Sequence record: MN148435
Reading direction: 5' to 3' (one strand)
DNA length: 64,000 nucleotides
Source: Shigella phage SGF2
This document shows positions 51,636 through 59,844 of this stretch, piece by piece. Both the position numbers and the translations under genes were made by a program. Below the pieces are notes generated by a model. That model worked only from the letters and a program-made list of their open reading frames with translations, ran no database searches and was not told the origin of the DNA. Each line of letters begins with the position of its first letter. The first letter of the stretch is position 1.

Positions 51636-51868
51636 TACTCACCTTTCTTAGCACGATCTTTGGCAGTTTTGCCAGTGCGGATACGATGGGAAACGTTAAC
51701 CAGAGTGCCACCATCAATTACAGTAACGCTCTTGTTTTTAGCCAGATCAAACACAGTCTTCTCTGTGCCACCCAAGCGAATTTGCTTAGGCTCACTGAAG
51801 GTTTGGGTTGATTTGGATTGGAACTGGAACGGTTGACGGATTGCATCGATTGCGCTTACTTTAGACAT
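51635..51868 (-). CDS. small basic hypothetical protein
   Basis: 77-aa ORF; not obviously a family member. Confidence 0.35.
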   Translation of the reverse strand: MSKVSAIDAIRQPFQFQSKSTQTFSEPKQIRLGGTEKTVFDLAKNKSVTVIDGGTLVNVSHRIRTGKTAKDRAKKGE

Positions 51869-52099
51869 AGGGGAAATTCCTTAAAAAGTTATGGCTGCGT
51901 AGAGGGAATTCCCTACGCAAATTGGGCCGCCCACAGAGAGGCGTCATAGTACTAAAAGGAGGAGAGAAGAGGGCTTATTTAGCTACCTTTTTCTGTCCGT
52001 TTACGAACCAGATAATTGAACCGTCAGGCTGTCGTTGACCGAAGCCTTTCATGTTGGTCATTTCTTCTGTAGAATCATTAAATGTGATCACTTGTTTTC

Positions 52100-52348
52100 C
52101 TATGGAGTTAAGATAATTTCAGCCTTACTAAACTTCTCACCAACAACCATATCTCCAGAGATAACACGCAGTTCTCCAGTGCCCAAATTAACAGCTCCAG
52201 CAGGTTGACAACCCCTGCTCTTAGCTGTCAGCATGTAAATCTTTTGAAGATGGCACTCTTGGAGAGTGAACACATCTGACATATTTAGATCTTTAACACG
52301 GAGGACTGTTTCCTCTTTGCTCTTAACTTTAATATGAATAGTGCCCAT
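52100..52348 (-). CDS. small paralogous-family protein (member C)
   Basis: LRVKDLNMSDVF...IYML...AVNLGTGEL. Confidence 0.45.
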   Translation of the reverse strand: MGTIHIKVKSKEETVLRVKDLNMSDVFTLQECHLQKIYMLTAKSRGCQPAGAVNLGTGELRVISGDMVVGEKFSKAEIILTP

Positions 52349-52350
52349 AA

Positions 52351-52596
52351 TTACTCCTGAATCACTGACATACGAATCATTTCTACCTGATCATCAAGAC
52401 CTTTAACAGATAGTACACCTGTGGAAAGGTTTACCACAGGAACCCAGCCACTGGCTATACGGATATTACCAGAAGCATTTTCAACCCTCATATAATATTG
52501 AGGAGAGGCACTTCCGTGCTGTACCACAAAGGGGTTTCCGGGAATGATCGTTTCCAACCGTACCGTATTATCCTTTTTCTTTGGGATGATTTTCAT
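52351..52596 (-). CDS. small paralogous-family protein (member D)
   Basis: LETIIPGNPF...YYMRV...VVNLSTGVL. Confidence 0.45.
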   Translation of the reverse strand: MKIIPKKKDNTVRLETIIPGNPFVVQHGSASPQYYMRVENASGNIRIASGWVPVVNLSTGVLSVKGLDDQVEMIRMSVIQE

Positions 52597-52847
52597 TTAG
52601 AACCCTTAATAACGTTAGCTTCAACTTTAACAGGGATAACAGGAATACCCTCGACCGGACCACTCAGATTACCATCTTCCAGCCTGACACACACTACTCG
52701 ATCTCGTGCAACTTCCACCCAATTAGTAGATGCATCAGTGCAGACCATGTGTATTGGTCCATTCTCCTCTAAACGAAATGTATCACCCTTCTTCAGAGTA
52801 TGGAGTTTCACAGTCTTGGTAGTTCTATTTAATTCGTTAACTTTCAT
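52593..52847 (-). CDS. small paralogous-family protein (member E)
   Basis: LHTLKKGDTF...VRLEDGNLSG. Confidence 0.4.
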   Translation of the reverse strand: MKVNELNRTTKTVKLHTLKKGDTFRLEENGPIHMVCTDASTNWVEVARDRVVCVRLEDGNLSGPVEGIPVIPVKVEANVIKGSK

Positions 52848-52855
52848 ATTGATTC

Positions 52856-53167
52856 CTATTTAAGTTTGAGGCTAATGTTAAGGTGCATACATGCCCTGTT
52901 CTGTACAGCAGCATAACTTCTACCGAGCATGTCAGCCATTCTCTGAATAGACATGAACCCAGCATTACGGATAAGGAACTGATCTTCTTCTTTAGACCAC
53001 TTAACTCGGATTACAGCTCTAGAGATACCGAACTTAGTGCAAGCTGTATTAACTGCATTCTCCGTTACATTCATAATCTGAGCAACCTCTTGAACCGAGT
53101 ACTCTTTGATTAGTCTCCGAAGATTTTCAATCTGCATCGGAGTCCATATAGTTCTTCGTGCTTTCAT
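52856..53167 (-). CDS. DNA-binding protein with two tandem HTH (SANT/Myb-like) repeats
   Basis: internal repeats WTPMQIENLRRLIKEYSVQEVAQIMNVTENAV / WSKEEDQFLIRNAGFMSIQRMADMLGRSYAAV. Confidence 0.4.
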   Translation of the reverse strand: MKARRTIWTPMQIENLRRLIKEYSVQEVAQIMNVTENAVNTACTKFGISRAVIRVKWSKEEDQFLIRNAGFMSIQRMADMLGRSYAAVQNRACMHLNISLKLK

Positions 53168-53474
53168 ACATCCTCCAATTAAACATTTATATAAGACTTG
53201 CTTAGATAAAGATTCAATAAAATAGGGGGAGGGGACGAATCCTCCCTTATCCTATTAGTTAATATTGCATGTAAGATCTAACAATCGGTTGCCTTTGTAG
53301 GAATAAGCGTAAAGCCAATCCAGCACTAAACTCCCGCCCCCCTTAGTGGGCTGGGTTATTAAAGGGTAACGCCCTTATGGGCTAGTTACGTGAATGTTAG
53401 TTTGATAGGAGATCTGAAGTCCTATCTCAAAGGACTCTCGTAAGAATCCTTCACGATATTACTTATCCAGCTCC

Positions 53475-53696
53475 TTAGTAGACCAAACCTATAGCCTTTG
53501 CATCAGGCTGAGGGACTACTTTTGCACTAGGACGATAGCCATCCACTGAACCATTCCAAAGGTTGACACAGGTAATATACCCATCGTTCAAGTAGTCTGT
53601 TTTAATCCAGAAGTGTTTATCATGACCAAAAATACTTCCATTTGGAAGGGTGGACAGTTCAACAGTTTTAAGGGATTGTTTAGAATCTAATTTCAT
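53475..53696 (-). CDS. small paralogous-family protein (member F)
   Basis: LSTLPNGSIF...FWIKTDY...CVNLWNGSV. Confidence 0.45.
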   Translation of the reverse strand: MKLDSKQSLKTVELSTLPNGSIFGHDKHFWIKTDYLNDGYITCVNLWNGSVDGYRPSAKVVPQPDAKAIGLVY

Positions 53697-53705
53697 ATAA
53701 GTTCC

Positions 53706-53903
53706 TTAATACACCAAGCCATGTAAGAGAAACACTCTCTTAGTTAACTCTACTTTAGCTCTGTAATAAGCCTTAGAACCTAACAGTCGGCGTTTAACAA
53801 AGAACTTAATGTCATTGCTAACATCTTGTATTAAACGCTCCTGTACAGCTTCTGAGGAGCCATTAATCGAATCAATTAACACCTTTGTAGATGTGTAATT
53901 CAT
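53706..53903 (-). CDS. hypothetical protein
   Basis: start MNYTSTK 1 nt after lipoprotein stop. Confidence 0.3.
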   Translation of the reverse strand: MNYTSTKVLIDSINGSSEAVQERLIQDVSNDIKFFVKRRLLGSKAYYRAKVELTKRVFLLHGLVY

Positions 53904-53904
53904 A

Positions 53905-54204
53905 TCACCACTCTTTACCGGTTGTAATCGTAGAGCCACCACACCACAACGCTGTATCAATCACAACATTGTCTGGCGTAGACTTCTCTTCGTTGATAGA
54001 AGGGTTAGCATTAGAGCAGGTTGCTCCGTTCCAGCGCATATCAATCTCACCAGAAGGAACCTTCTCACCTTTATGCCAGCGAGATACACAAATACCATCC
54101 ACTGCTACTGCACACCATCCATCAGGACGGCTCTGTACGCAGCCTGTAAGGGCCACACAGACAAGGAAGATACAGATTAAGGATATTACACCACCCCAAC
54201 TCAT
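53905..54204 (-). CDS. Cys-rich lipoprotein (superinfection-exclusion candidate)
   Basis: signal peptide MSWGGVISLICIFLVCVALTGC with lipobox LTGC; 8 further Cys. Confidence 0.5.
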   Translation of the reverse strand: MSWGGVISLICIFLVCVALTGCVQSRPDGWCAVAVDGICVSRWHKGEKVPSGEIDMRWNGATCSNANPSINEEKSTPDNVVIDTALWCGGSTITTGKEW

Positions 54205-54223
54205 AACTATCTCCTATTAGATT

Positions 54224-54299
54224 TGGTGCACCCTACAGGACTCGAACCTGTAACCAACGACTTAGAAGGTCGCTGCTCTGTCCATTGAGCTAAGGGTGC
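54224..54299 (-). tRNA. tRNA-Arg (anticodon UCU), CCA encoded
   Basis: minus-strand GCACCCTTAGCTCAATGGACAGAGCAGCGACCTTCTAAGTCGTTGGTTACAGGTTCGAGTCCTGTAGGGTGCACCA folds as cloverleaf: 7-bp acceptor, D-arm GCTC/GAGC, anticodon loop CTTCTAA, T-loop TTCGAGT. Confidence 0.85.
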
Positions 54300-54308
54300 T
54301 AGATTTGT

Positions 54309-54518
54309 TTAACTAAAGATACGAATGGCTACATCGTGACCGATATGACCGGGAACTTTATGCTGTTCTATTTTCAAACAGTGTTTACAGATACGAGATA
54401 CACGAGATTCTTTTCTCTCGACCGGAGTGTCTTTAGCGTGGGTGATATGTAGGTTCTCAGTGATCACCCACTCGTGTTTACATCCAGAATCTTCGGGCTT
54501 TTTCTTACGAAAGAACAT
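54309..54518 (-). CDS. small zinc-finger protein, paralogue 1 of 3
   Basis: start MFFRKKKPEDSGCKHEW...RICKHCL. Confidence 0.4.
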   Translation of the reverse strand: MFFRKKKPEDSGCKHEWVITENLHITHAKDTPVERKESRVSRICKHCLKIEQHKVPGHIGHDVAIRIFS

Positions 54519-54526
54519 AACACCCC

Positions 54527-54691
54527 TTAGATCAGATCTGTTTTCTTGTGCAGACCACACACTTTACAGCGAGAGTAGATACGCAACCCTTGTCGCTCTC
54601 TGTCAGTAAGTTTATTTGTGATCGTCAGTTCATAAGTATGAAGATCTTCCCACTCATGGAAATGAAAGAAGCGTTTGAACCATTTGATCAT
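54527..54691 (-). CDS. small zinc-finger protein, paralogue 2 of 3 (54 aa)
   Basis: ORF below cut-off MIKWFKRFFHFHEW...RCKVCG. Confidence 0.4.
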   Translation of the reverse strand: MIKWFKRFFHFHEWEDLHTYELTITNKLTDRERQGLRIYSRCKVCGLHKKTDLI

Positions 54692-54700
54692 AATGATTCC

Positions 54701-54862
54701 TTAGATTACATCACGATGACTAACATCACCACACACCTTACACTGAATAACGTAACGTGTGCCCTTGTCATTATTCCCATCTGAATCTGTATAGACCAGA
54801 GGGCGAGTATTAATAATCTTCCAATCATGACAATGAAAGACACGCTTTAGCCACTTGAACAT
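54701..54862 (-). CDS. small zinc-finger protein, paralogue 3 of 3
   Basis: start MFKWLKRVFHCHDW...QCKVCGD (internal Met of track ORF). Confidence 0.4.
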   Translation of the reverse strand: MFKWLKRVFHCHDWKIINTRPLVYTDSDGNNDKGTRYVIQCKVCGDVSHRDVI

Positions 54863-54869
54863 ATTAACC

Positions 54870-55121
54870 TCAAGCACAAGCAGGGAGAGTGATGATTTTA
54901 TACTGACCTTCAAACTCTCCAAACAAACCCAAGAATGTAGGACTGTAAGTACCAGTACAAACAAACTCATCAAACAATTCGTTATAGCTAGGCTTGATCT
55001 TCCAAGCCCATACATAACCCATTTTGTCAATTGCAATGTAACGAGAGTTCAGAGGAACAGTCATCATCACATCATCAACTTCAATCACTTTAGTGATTGG
55101 TGCAGCTTGGAAGTTTTTCAT
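54870..55121 (-). CDS. hypothetical protein
   Basis: 83-aa ORF. Confidence 0.3.
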   Translation of the reverse strand: MKNFQAAPITKVIEVDDVMMTVPLNSRYIAIDKMGYVWAWKIKPSYNELFDEFVCTGTYSPTFLGLFGEFEGQYKIITLPACA

Positions 55122-55303
55122 ACTTTACCTTTGATGAAAATATCATTACCACAGACACAGCATGAACGAACAACAGTAGCGCCACGCTGAACGATACGAA
55201 CCTCTTCTTTAACCAGATTAACACGAGCACCACAGCAAGGAGAGTTAACATAAGAGTAACCAGCTTGTGTATTCTTGATTGTTTGCTTAGACATTTGATT
55301 CAA
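55118..55303 (-). CDS. small zinc-ribbon protein
   Basis: CCGAR...CCVCG. Confidence 0.3.
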   Translation of the reverse strand: MNQMSKQTIKNTQAGYSYVNSPCCGARVNLVKEEVRIVQRGATVVRSCCVCGNDIFIKGKV

Positions 55304-55643
55304 GATCTCTCAGTTGTTTAGCCAATTGTTCGCACTCGTTGATGCAGAACTCTTCTGTTCTTGGAACCCCATTAGGGTTGAACCATGTCTTATCACCTGC
55401 ATGGGCACAATCAAATCCGACTGTATTTAAACCACCCATTTCTTCGAGAGAATCCTGCCACGTAACACCGCCATGGACGTTGACATAACAAACCTCTTCC
55501 TCGTCCCCATTATATCCGGTGAAGTTTTTACTGCTCAGAGTATCTGGCAACTCCACATACCCACATAAGTGTGAGTAGTTCATGTGCATAATCACAGCAC
55601 GAAGACCTGATTTAGTTTCCCAATCTTTAACTATGCGTCTCAT
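55287..55643 (-). CDS. hypothetical protein
   Basis: start MRRIVKDW with AGAGGTG RBS. Confidence 0.35.
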   Translation of the reverse strand: MRRIVKDWETKSGLRAVIMHMNYSHLCGYVELPDTLSSKNFTGYNGDEEEVCYVNVHGGVTWQDSLEEMGGLNTVGFDCAHAGDKTWFNPNGVPRTEEFCINECEQLAKQLRDLESNV

Positions 55644-55694
55644 ATAAGCACCTCTTGTTAGTTTAAGTAAGAGCTGTCCCTTAATTAAAACAAC

Positions 55695-55718
55695 AAAGGC
55701 CACCCGAAGGCAGCCTTT
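55695..55718 (-). terminator. hairpin terminator (possibly bidirectional)
   Basis: AAAGGC..CCCGAAGG..GCCTTT hairpin flanked by T-rich tracts on both strands. Confidence 0.35.
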
Positions 55719-55721
55719 CTT

Positions 55722-55931
55722 TTATTGACTCACGCCACGAATCAGATGATTCTGTAGCGTTTCGTCTTCTGCATTATAAAGGAATGCGAACATCAATTCC
55801 TTAGCCACATCTCTTGAGCAATTAAGACACTTAGAGATTTGCGTTAGTTGCATGTTGCGATCAGTGTGTTCCATCAAGGCAATGCGAATGATCTCTCGCA
55901 TACCTATTACATGGGTTGTTTTAACCGGCAT
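55722..55931 (-). CDS. hypothetical protein
   Basis: start MPVKTTHVIG...; small 46-aa ORF lies upstream. Confidence 0.3.
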   Translation of the reverse strand: MPVKTTHVIGMREIIRIALMEHTDRNMQLTQISKCLNCSRDVAKELMFAFLYNAEDETLQNHLIRGVSQ

Positions 55932-56289
55932 AGGTCCAATTACCTTGCTTATTACGGATGGCTGACATTGCATGAACCCAGAAGCCTTCCAGTTTCAGAG
56001 CACCGTTAGCTACTGCATCCATACGTTCAGGGCGGTTCATACGTTTGGTTGATACTTTCATACCTATCTCTCTTTGTTAGTGGAGGCATTATTGCCAGTT
56101 GATATAAGGGATAGCCCTAGTCAGGAGGCTAACTCTGACCGCGTACTCATTGCCGACCTTCTCTGCCTAAGAGTTCAGGTTCTAGAGCTATCTCTTATTC
56201 CAACTGGTGAAGACTCCCTACCCCTAGGAAGTCTCCTGAATCCCAAACCAATATGTACCCCTACATATCAGAAAGTCTTTCGAAAATTA

Positions 56290-56425
56290 ACAGGTTTTAG
56301 TCTAGCACCGGATGTTCGAGCAAGCTCTCCCTAGCGGTGTGGCATATGCCTGATTAATAAGTTAATGAGGAACACCCTCACATAGCCCTCTGATAAACAC
56401 AAGGGCTATAAGTCGGTGTTACTTT
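56290..56425. repeat. repeated non-coding element R2 (3' of small-protein family gene)
   Basis: GGATGTTCGAGC...CCTAGCGGTG...TGAGGAACACCCTCACATAGCCCT-loop-AGGGCTAT...GTTAC; related to R1. Confidence 0.4.
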
Positions 56426-56637
56426 TGAGATAAACACAGATCAGGACGTGGCATAACAGTGGTTGATAGGCCGAAGACTTCAACAGAACCACTATTCAAG
56501 TCAGCAGCTTTACACAAACCGTCAGGAGTTTTATCTTCTAGCATCAGCCAGAAACGTCTATCGTAAGAGAAAACATCACCGCCCTTAACGTCTTCTGCAT
56601 TTGCATATTTAGGATAATCGACTACTTTAATTTCCAT
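56419..56637 (-). CDS. small paralogous-family protein (member G)
   Basis: VKGGDVF...FWLMLED...ADLNSGSV. Confidence 0.45.
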   Translation of the reverse strand: MEIKVVDYPKYANAEDVKGGDVFSYDRRFWLMLEDKTPDGLCKAADLNSGSVEVFGLSTTVMPRPDLCLSQK

Positions 56638-56641
56638 CTAC

Positions 56642-56896
56642 TTACCCTTTGTTGGTGATTACAACATCATGAAGTACAATAACCTTGCTTTTTGAGCTGA
56701 GCTTAAGGACTTGCTTGTTTGTTAGACTGAGGACGACACAACCACCATCAGAGGGTTTAGTCTCCTCAACCTGCGATCTAAACAGATGAACAACCATGTA
56801 GAAATCTGCTCGTGTTTCCTTGATTTGGAATACATCTCCGAGTTTAAGATCACCAACACACAAAGACGGTTCATTTACTTCAAGATTAATCTTCAT
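56642..56896 (-). CDS. small paralogous-family protein (member H)
   Basis: LKLGDVF...FYMVV...VLSLTNKQV. Confidence 0.45.
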   Translation of the reverse strand: MKINLEVNEPSLCVGDLKLGDVFQIKETRADFYMVVHLFRSQVEETKPSDGGCVVLSLTNKQVLKLSSKSKVIVLHDVVITNKG

Positions 56897-57122
56897 CTTT
56901 AGCCTCTATGTTAGTTATGTGGAGATCACTGCGTACTTGGCAAACTTCATCCCGTTTAAAAGGCATGAGCTTTCCAGTTACCACATCAACACAGTTGACA
57001 TAATTGTCTGCGTACAATGTGTCGGTTCTAATGTAAAGGGACTCTTTACGCTCAAACAGAACTCCCGGCTTCATGTTATTTAAGCGAAGCATGGTATAAT
57101 TAGGTTTAATATTAACTTTCAC
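56886..57122 (-). CDS. small paralogous-family protein (member I)
   Basis: MKPGVLF...YIRTD...CVDVVTGKL. Confidence 0.45.
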   Translation of the reverse strand: MKVNIKPNYTMLRLNNMKPGVLFERKESLYIRTDTLYADNYVNCVDVVTGKLMPFKRDEVCQVRSDLHITNIEAKDED

Positions 57123-57373
57123 TAATCCACCTTATTGGTAAGACGAACGTTATCAATCAACTGGACGTTGGTGTCACTTTTCAGTACGGTAACTTTATCC
57201 GATACTAGATCTAATACAACTCTCCAACTACCCATTAAACTGTACTGTCTAATACTACTCGCATCTAATTTGACAACCAGATAAATCTTCTTTTTAGGTG
57301 GGATAGTTTCAAAAACATCACCAACCTTCAGTTCCTTCAGTTGTTTAACCACAGGCACTGTATTGATATCATG
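57122..57373 (-). CDS. small paralogous-family protein (member J), probable GTG start
   Basis: LKELKVGDVF...YLVVKLD...VVLDLVSDKV; GGAG RBS before in-frame GTG; longer track ORF overlaps upstream gene. Confidence 0.35.
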   Translation of the reverse strand, partial: HDINTVPVVKQLKELKVGDVFETIPPKKKIYLVVKLDASSIRQYSLMGSWRVVLDLVSDKVTVLKSDTNVQLIDNVRLTNKVD

Positions 57374-57665
57374 CTTCACTATTAATCTCCTGCTGCTTAG
57401 CAATAGCCACTCGCAAGTCTTCATTAGCACGAGCAAGGCGCAATACTTCATGGTTGAGATTCTGAAGACGCTTGTTTCTGTCCTCAACTTGCATAATAAG
57501 ATCGTTAAGAGTTGCTTTAACTTTCTCATTATACATCTCATCCACTCGGACTAGAGATTTGTACATTCTCTCCCAGCTTGCTGCTTTGTTTCTTAGAACA
57601 ATAAATCCTAGAACGCTGACAGTTAAACAGCTTACAAAAAGGAATTTATATACTTCTAAAGTCAT
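57369..57665 (-). CDS. membrane-anchored coiled-coil protein
   Basis: N-terminal TMD FLFVSCLTVSVLGFIVL then heptad-like helix. Confidence 0.35.
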   Translation of the reverse strand: MTLEVYKFLFVSCLTVSVLGFIVLRNKAASWERMYKSLVRVDEMYNEKVKATLNDLIMQVEDRNKRLQNLNHEVLRLARANEDLRVAIAKQQEINSEA

Positions 57666-57864
57666 ATTATTTACCCTTTATCAGAGATTAAAAGTAATAT
57701 TATTTAAGTAAGTTATATTTAGTAAACTTATTTTCTAAGAAATTTTCAAAGGGTCTATATACAGAGCATTACCCATAGTCCCAGAATACTACCATCTTTT
57801 TCAATAAATTTACTAAGTGGTTGGTTTATAAAGGAATTTAGTTTGTCAAATCTGGCACTAGTGA

Positions 57865-58254
57865 TTACTCCATAGAGCTATTATCAAACACTAAATCACC
57901 ACAATACATAGGATTGGCATACCATTTTGGCACCCCTTCGCTCTTACTCTGAAAGTAAGTCCCACTGTACAGCGGAACATAATTCTTCTTAAGGGCACGT
58001 TTAGCAAGTCGCTCGCTTTCTCCAATGGCTTGCTTAGTCATCGGATTTTTATCACGAATCAGCTTTACATAACGTTTATAAGGTTTCTCCTGTTTTAATA
58101 GTACCGGAATCCACTCAAACTGGTTCTTTTGTCTTATCACCTGTTCAGCGGTCAGTTTTCGTTGAGCCATTCTATTTATCACGGTATCCGCAACTAAAGC
58201 CTTACATGCGGTTGGCTGGTTCCCTGCCTCATAATAAATAGTCAATGTCAACAT
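57865..58254 (-). CDS. SleB-like cell-wall hydrolase domain protein
   Basis: TIYYEAGNQPTACKALVADTVINRM...KNQFEW resembles SleB/Hydrolase_2 core. Confidence 0.5.
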   Translation of the reverse strand: MLTLTIYYEAGNQPTACKALVADTVINRMAQRKLTAEQVIRQKNQFEWIPVLLKQEKPYKRYVKLIRDKNPMTKQAIGESERLAKRALKKNYVPLYSGTYFQSKSEGVPKWYANPMYCGDLVFDNSSME

Positions 58255-58386
58255 TAGCTGGGCCGTTGTTATCAGAACTTGCTACCTCCTGTTTTGTTGT
58301 TTCCATAAACACCCTCGAAAAGATGCTTATAGAAACACCCCTCCCTTTCGGAATAGGTGTTATCTTACTATTTGTAACTTACACCA

Positions 58387-58686
58387 TTACTTTTTTACAT
58401 ATATTGCCAGTGGCGACTTGGTGTTTAGTGGAGTGAAGTTCATGTCCAGTTTATACCCCATCTTGAAAACCATTTCCAACAACATATCGACGGAGAACTT
58501 TGAAAGCTGTCCATTCATAAGGTTACTAATCCTTGGCTGGCTAACACCTAGCTTCTCTGCGGCAACACACTGCGACCAACCCTGATCACGAATTAACTTC
58601 GTAAGAATGATGATCAGCTTGGACTTCAATGAAAGCACGTTGACCTCTACAGGGTCTGTACTTATTAGCTCGAATGGGTTTTTCAT
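58387..58686 (-). CDS. HTH XRE-family DNA-binding protein (antitoxin/repressor-like)
   Basis: DQGWSQCVAAEKLGVSQPRISNLMNGQLSKFSVDMLLEM. Confidence 0.6.
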   Translation of the reverse strand: MKNPFELISTDPVEVNVLSLKSKLIIILTKLIRDQGWSQCVAAEKLGVSQPRISNLMNGQLSKFSVDMLLEMVFKMGYKLDMNFTPLNTKSPLAIYVKK

Positions 58687-58709
58687 AGAAAATTCCTATA
58701 CAATAGACA

Positions 58710-58736
58710 TAAAAAGCCCCAGCCGTAGCCGGGGCA
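58710..58736 (-). terminator. rho-independent terminator (minus strand)
   Basis: minus-strand GCCCCGGC-TAC-GGCTGGGGC then TTTTTATG. Confidence 0.45.
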
Positions 58737-58797
58737 AACCTGAAAGCAACACATGACCGTTGCTATAAATACACTCGCAAATGCACTTACAGCAACG

Positions 58798-58821
58798 CAA
58801 AAAGCCGCTCAAAGGCGGCTA
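58798..58821 (-). terminator. second hairpin terminator (minus strand)
   Basis: minus-strand AGCCGCC-TTTGA-GCGGCT then TTTTTGCG. Confidence 0.4.
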
Positions 58822-58900
58822 TGCGGAAGCTTCAAATGGGGAGAGGGCACGACGCTACAGAAAGAGCGTCATAGTACTAAAAGAGGGGGCTATATTCCTA

Positions 58901-59344
58901 CTACTTAACCCTTGCCTCTTTGATGGGGTCAATGTATTTTTCAACGCCCCACTTGTGTTTACTATCTGCGTAGAAAACATCAGGTGCACACTGGCTTGTC
59001 TTAGGGAAAGCCTGCGGGTCTTTCGTGCTACCTTTAAACTTCTGTTTACCACGGGTGCGACCATTACAGAGGATTTCTAACTTCTTCTCTTCTTCTGTTT
59101 TAGCTCCCCCGCTCTGTAACAAAGAACGTTTATGATCGGCTAACAATAACGCATCAGCACGATGAACACGATGGCCTACACGTTTTGCCACACTGGAAGG
59201 AATATGGGATTCAGCCTCAGTTTTTGCAGCGCGACGTTTTAAACTGCGCTTGCTGACGTGATTGGTTGCCTTTGGCTTCTCTTTCTCCAGTTCAGAGATA
59301 GAAAAACAACGCCCGCCCTTCATGCTGATTTTAGATTTAGCCAC
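58901..59344 (-). CDS. basic hypothetical protein
   Basis: 147-aa Lys/Arg-rich ORF. Confidence 0.35.
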   Translation of the reverse strand: MAKSKISMKGGRCFSISELEKEKPKATNHVSKRSLKRRAAKTEAESHIPSSVAKRVGHRVHRADALLLADHKRSLLQSGGAKTEEEKKLEILCNGRTRGKQKFKGSTKDPQAFPKTSQCAPDVFYADSKHKWGVEKYIDPIKEARVK

Positions 59345-59413
59345 AATCTTATTCCTTTTAGTGATAAGTTATATCGGGCAAGCCCATCAAGGTGACAGGC
59401 TTGAACAAATAAC

Positions 59414-59623
59414 TTAATCAAGTAAACTAAACGATTTCCAACTGCGTAGCAGGATTGTACCGTCATCCATAGCTACGCATAACTTTAACAGTTTCTTGTT
59501 AGCACTACTCACCGTTGTAATTCGTCCAGTTGTACATTTACCTTTATTGCTGTAAAGATATACAACACGACGGCCTAACAAGCGGGAAGGTGCTTTCTTA
59601 AATTCTGAAATGTTAGTGATCAT
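59414..59623 (-). CDS. hypothetical protein
   Basis: 69 aa; ATGA-type coupling with upstream gene. Confidence 0.3.
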   Translation of the reverse strand: MITNISEFKKAPSRLLGRRVVYLYSNKGKCTTGRITTVSSANKKLLKLCVAMDDGTILLRSWKSFSLLD

Positions 59624-59844
59624 AATGCTTGATACCTTTGAATGTGTTCAATACGGGTGGATTGAGCAAATGACGCTTTAACAGCCATTTTCCTAACTTC
59701 TTCTTTACGCTGGTTAGTGTGTACAGTATCCCAATGTTTGTTATCACGTTGGCGCTGTAATATCTTACTACATTTGCGATGGTTTCCCGTGCTGCGATGT
59801 TTCTCACAAATAGGACACTTGCCAAAATTACTACTGAATATCAT
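59620..59844 (-). CDS. small basic zinc-binding protein
   Basis: GKCPICEKH...HRKC; preferred over overlapping alternative frame by coupling to neighbours. Confidence 0.3.
   Translation of the reverse strand: MIFSSNFGKCPICEKHRSTGNHRKCSKILQRQRDNKHWDTVHTNQRKEEVRKMAVKASFAQSTRIEHIQRYQAL

Noticed and set aside
51635-51868. Assignment of 51635-51868 as ribosomal protein bL27-like
   Set aside because: Only a vague RLGG...V resemblance; too weak to call
53205-53260. tRNA-like T-loop sequence GGGGAGGGGACGAATCCTCCC
   Set aside because: No acceptor, D or anticodon stems could be built around it; only the adjacent 54224-54299 sequence folds as a full cloverleaf
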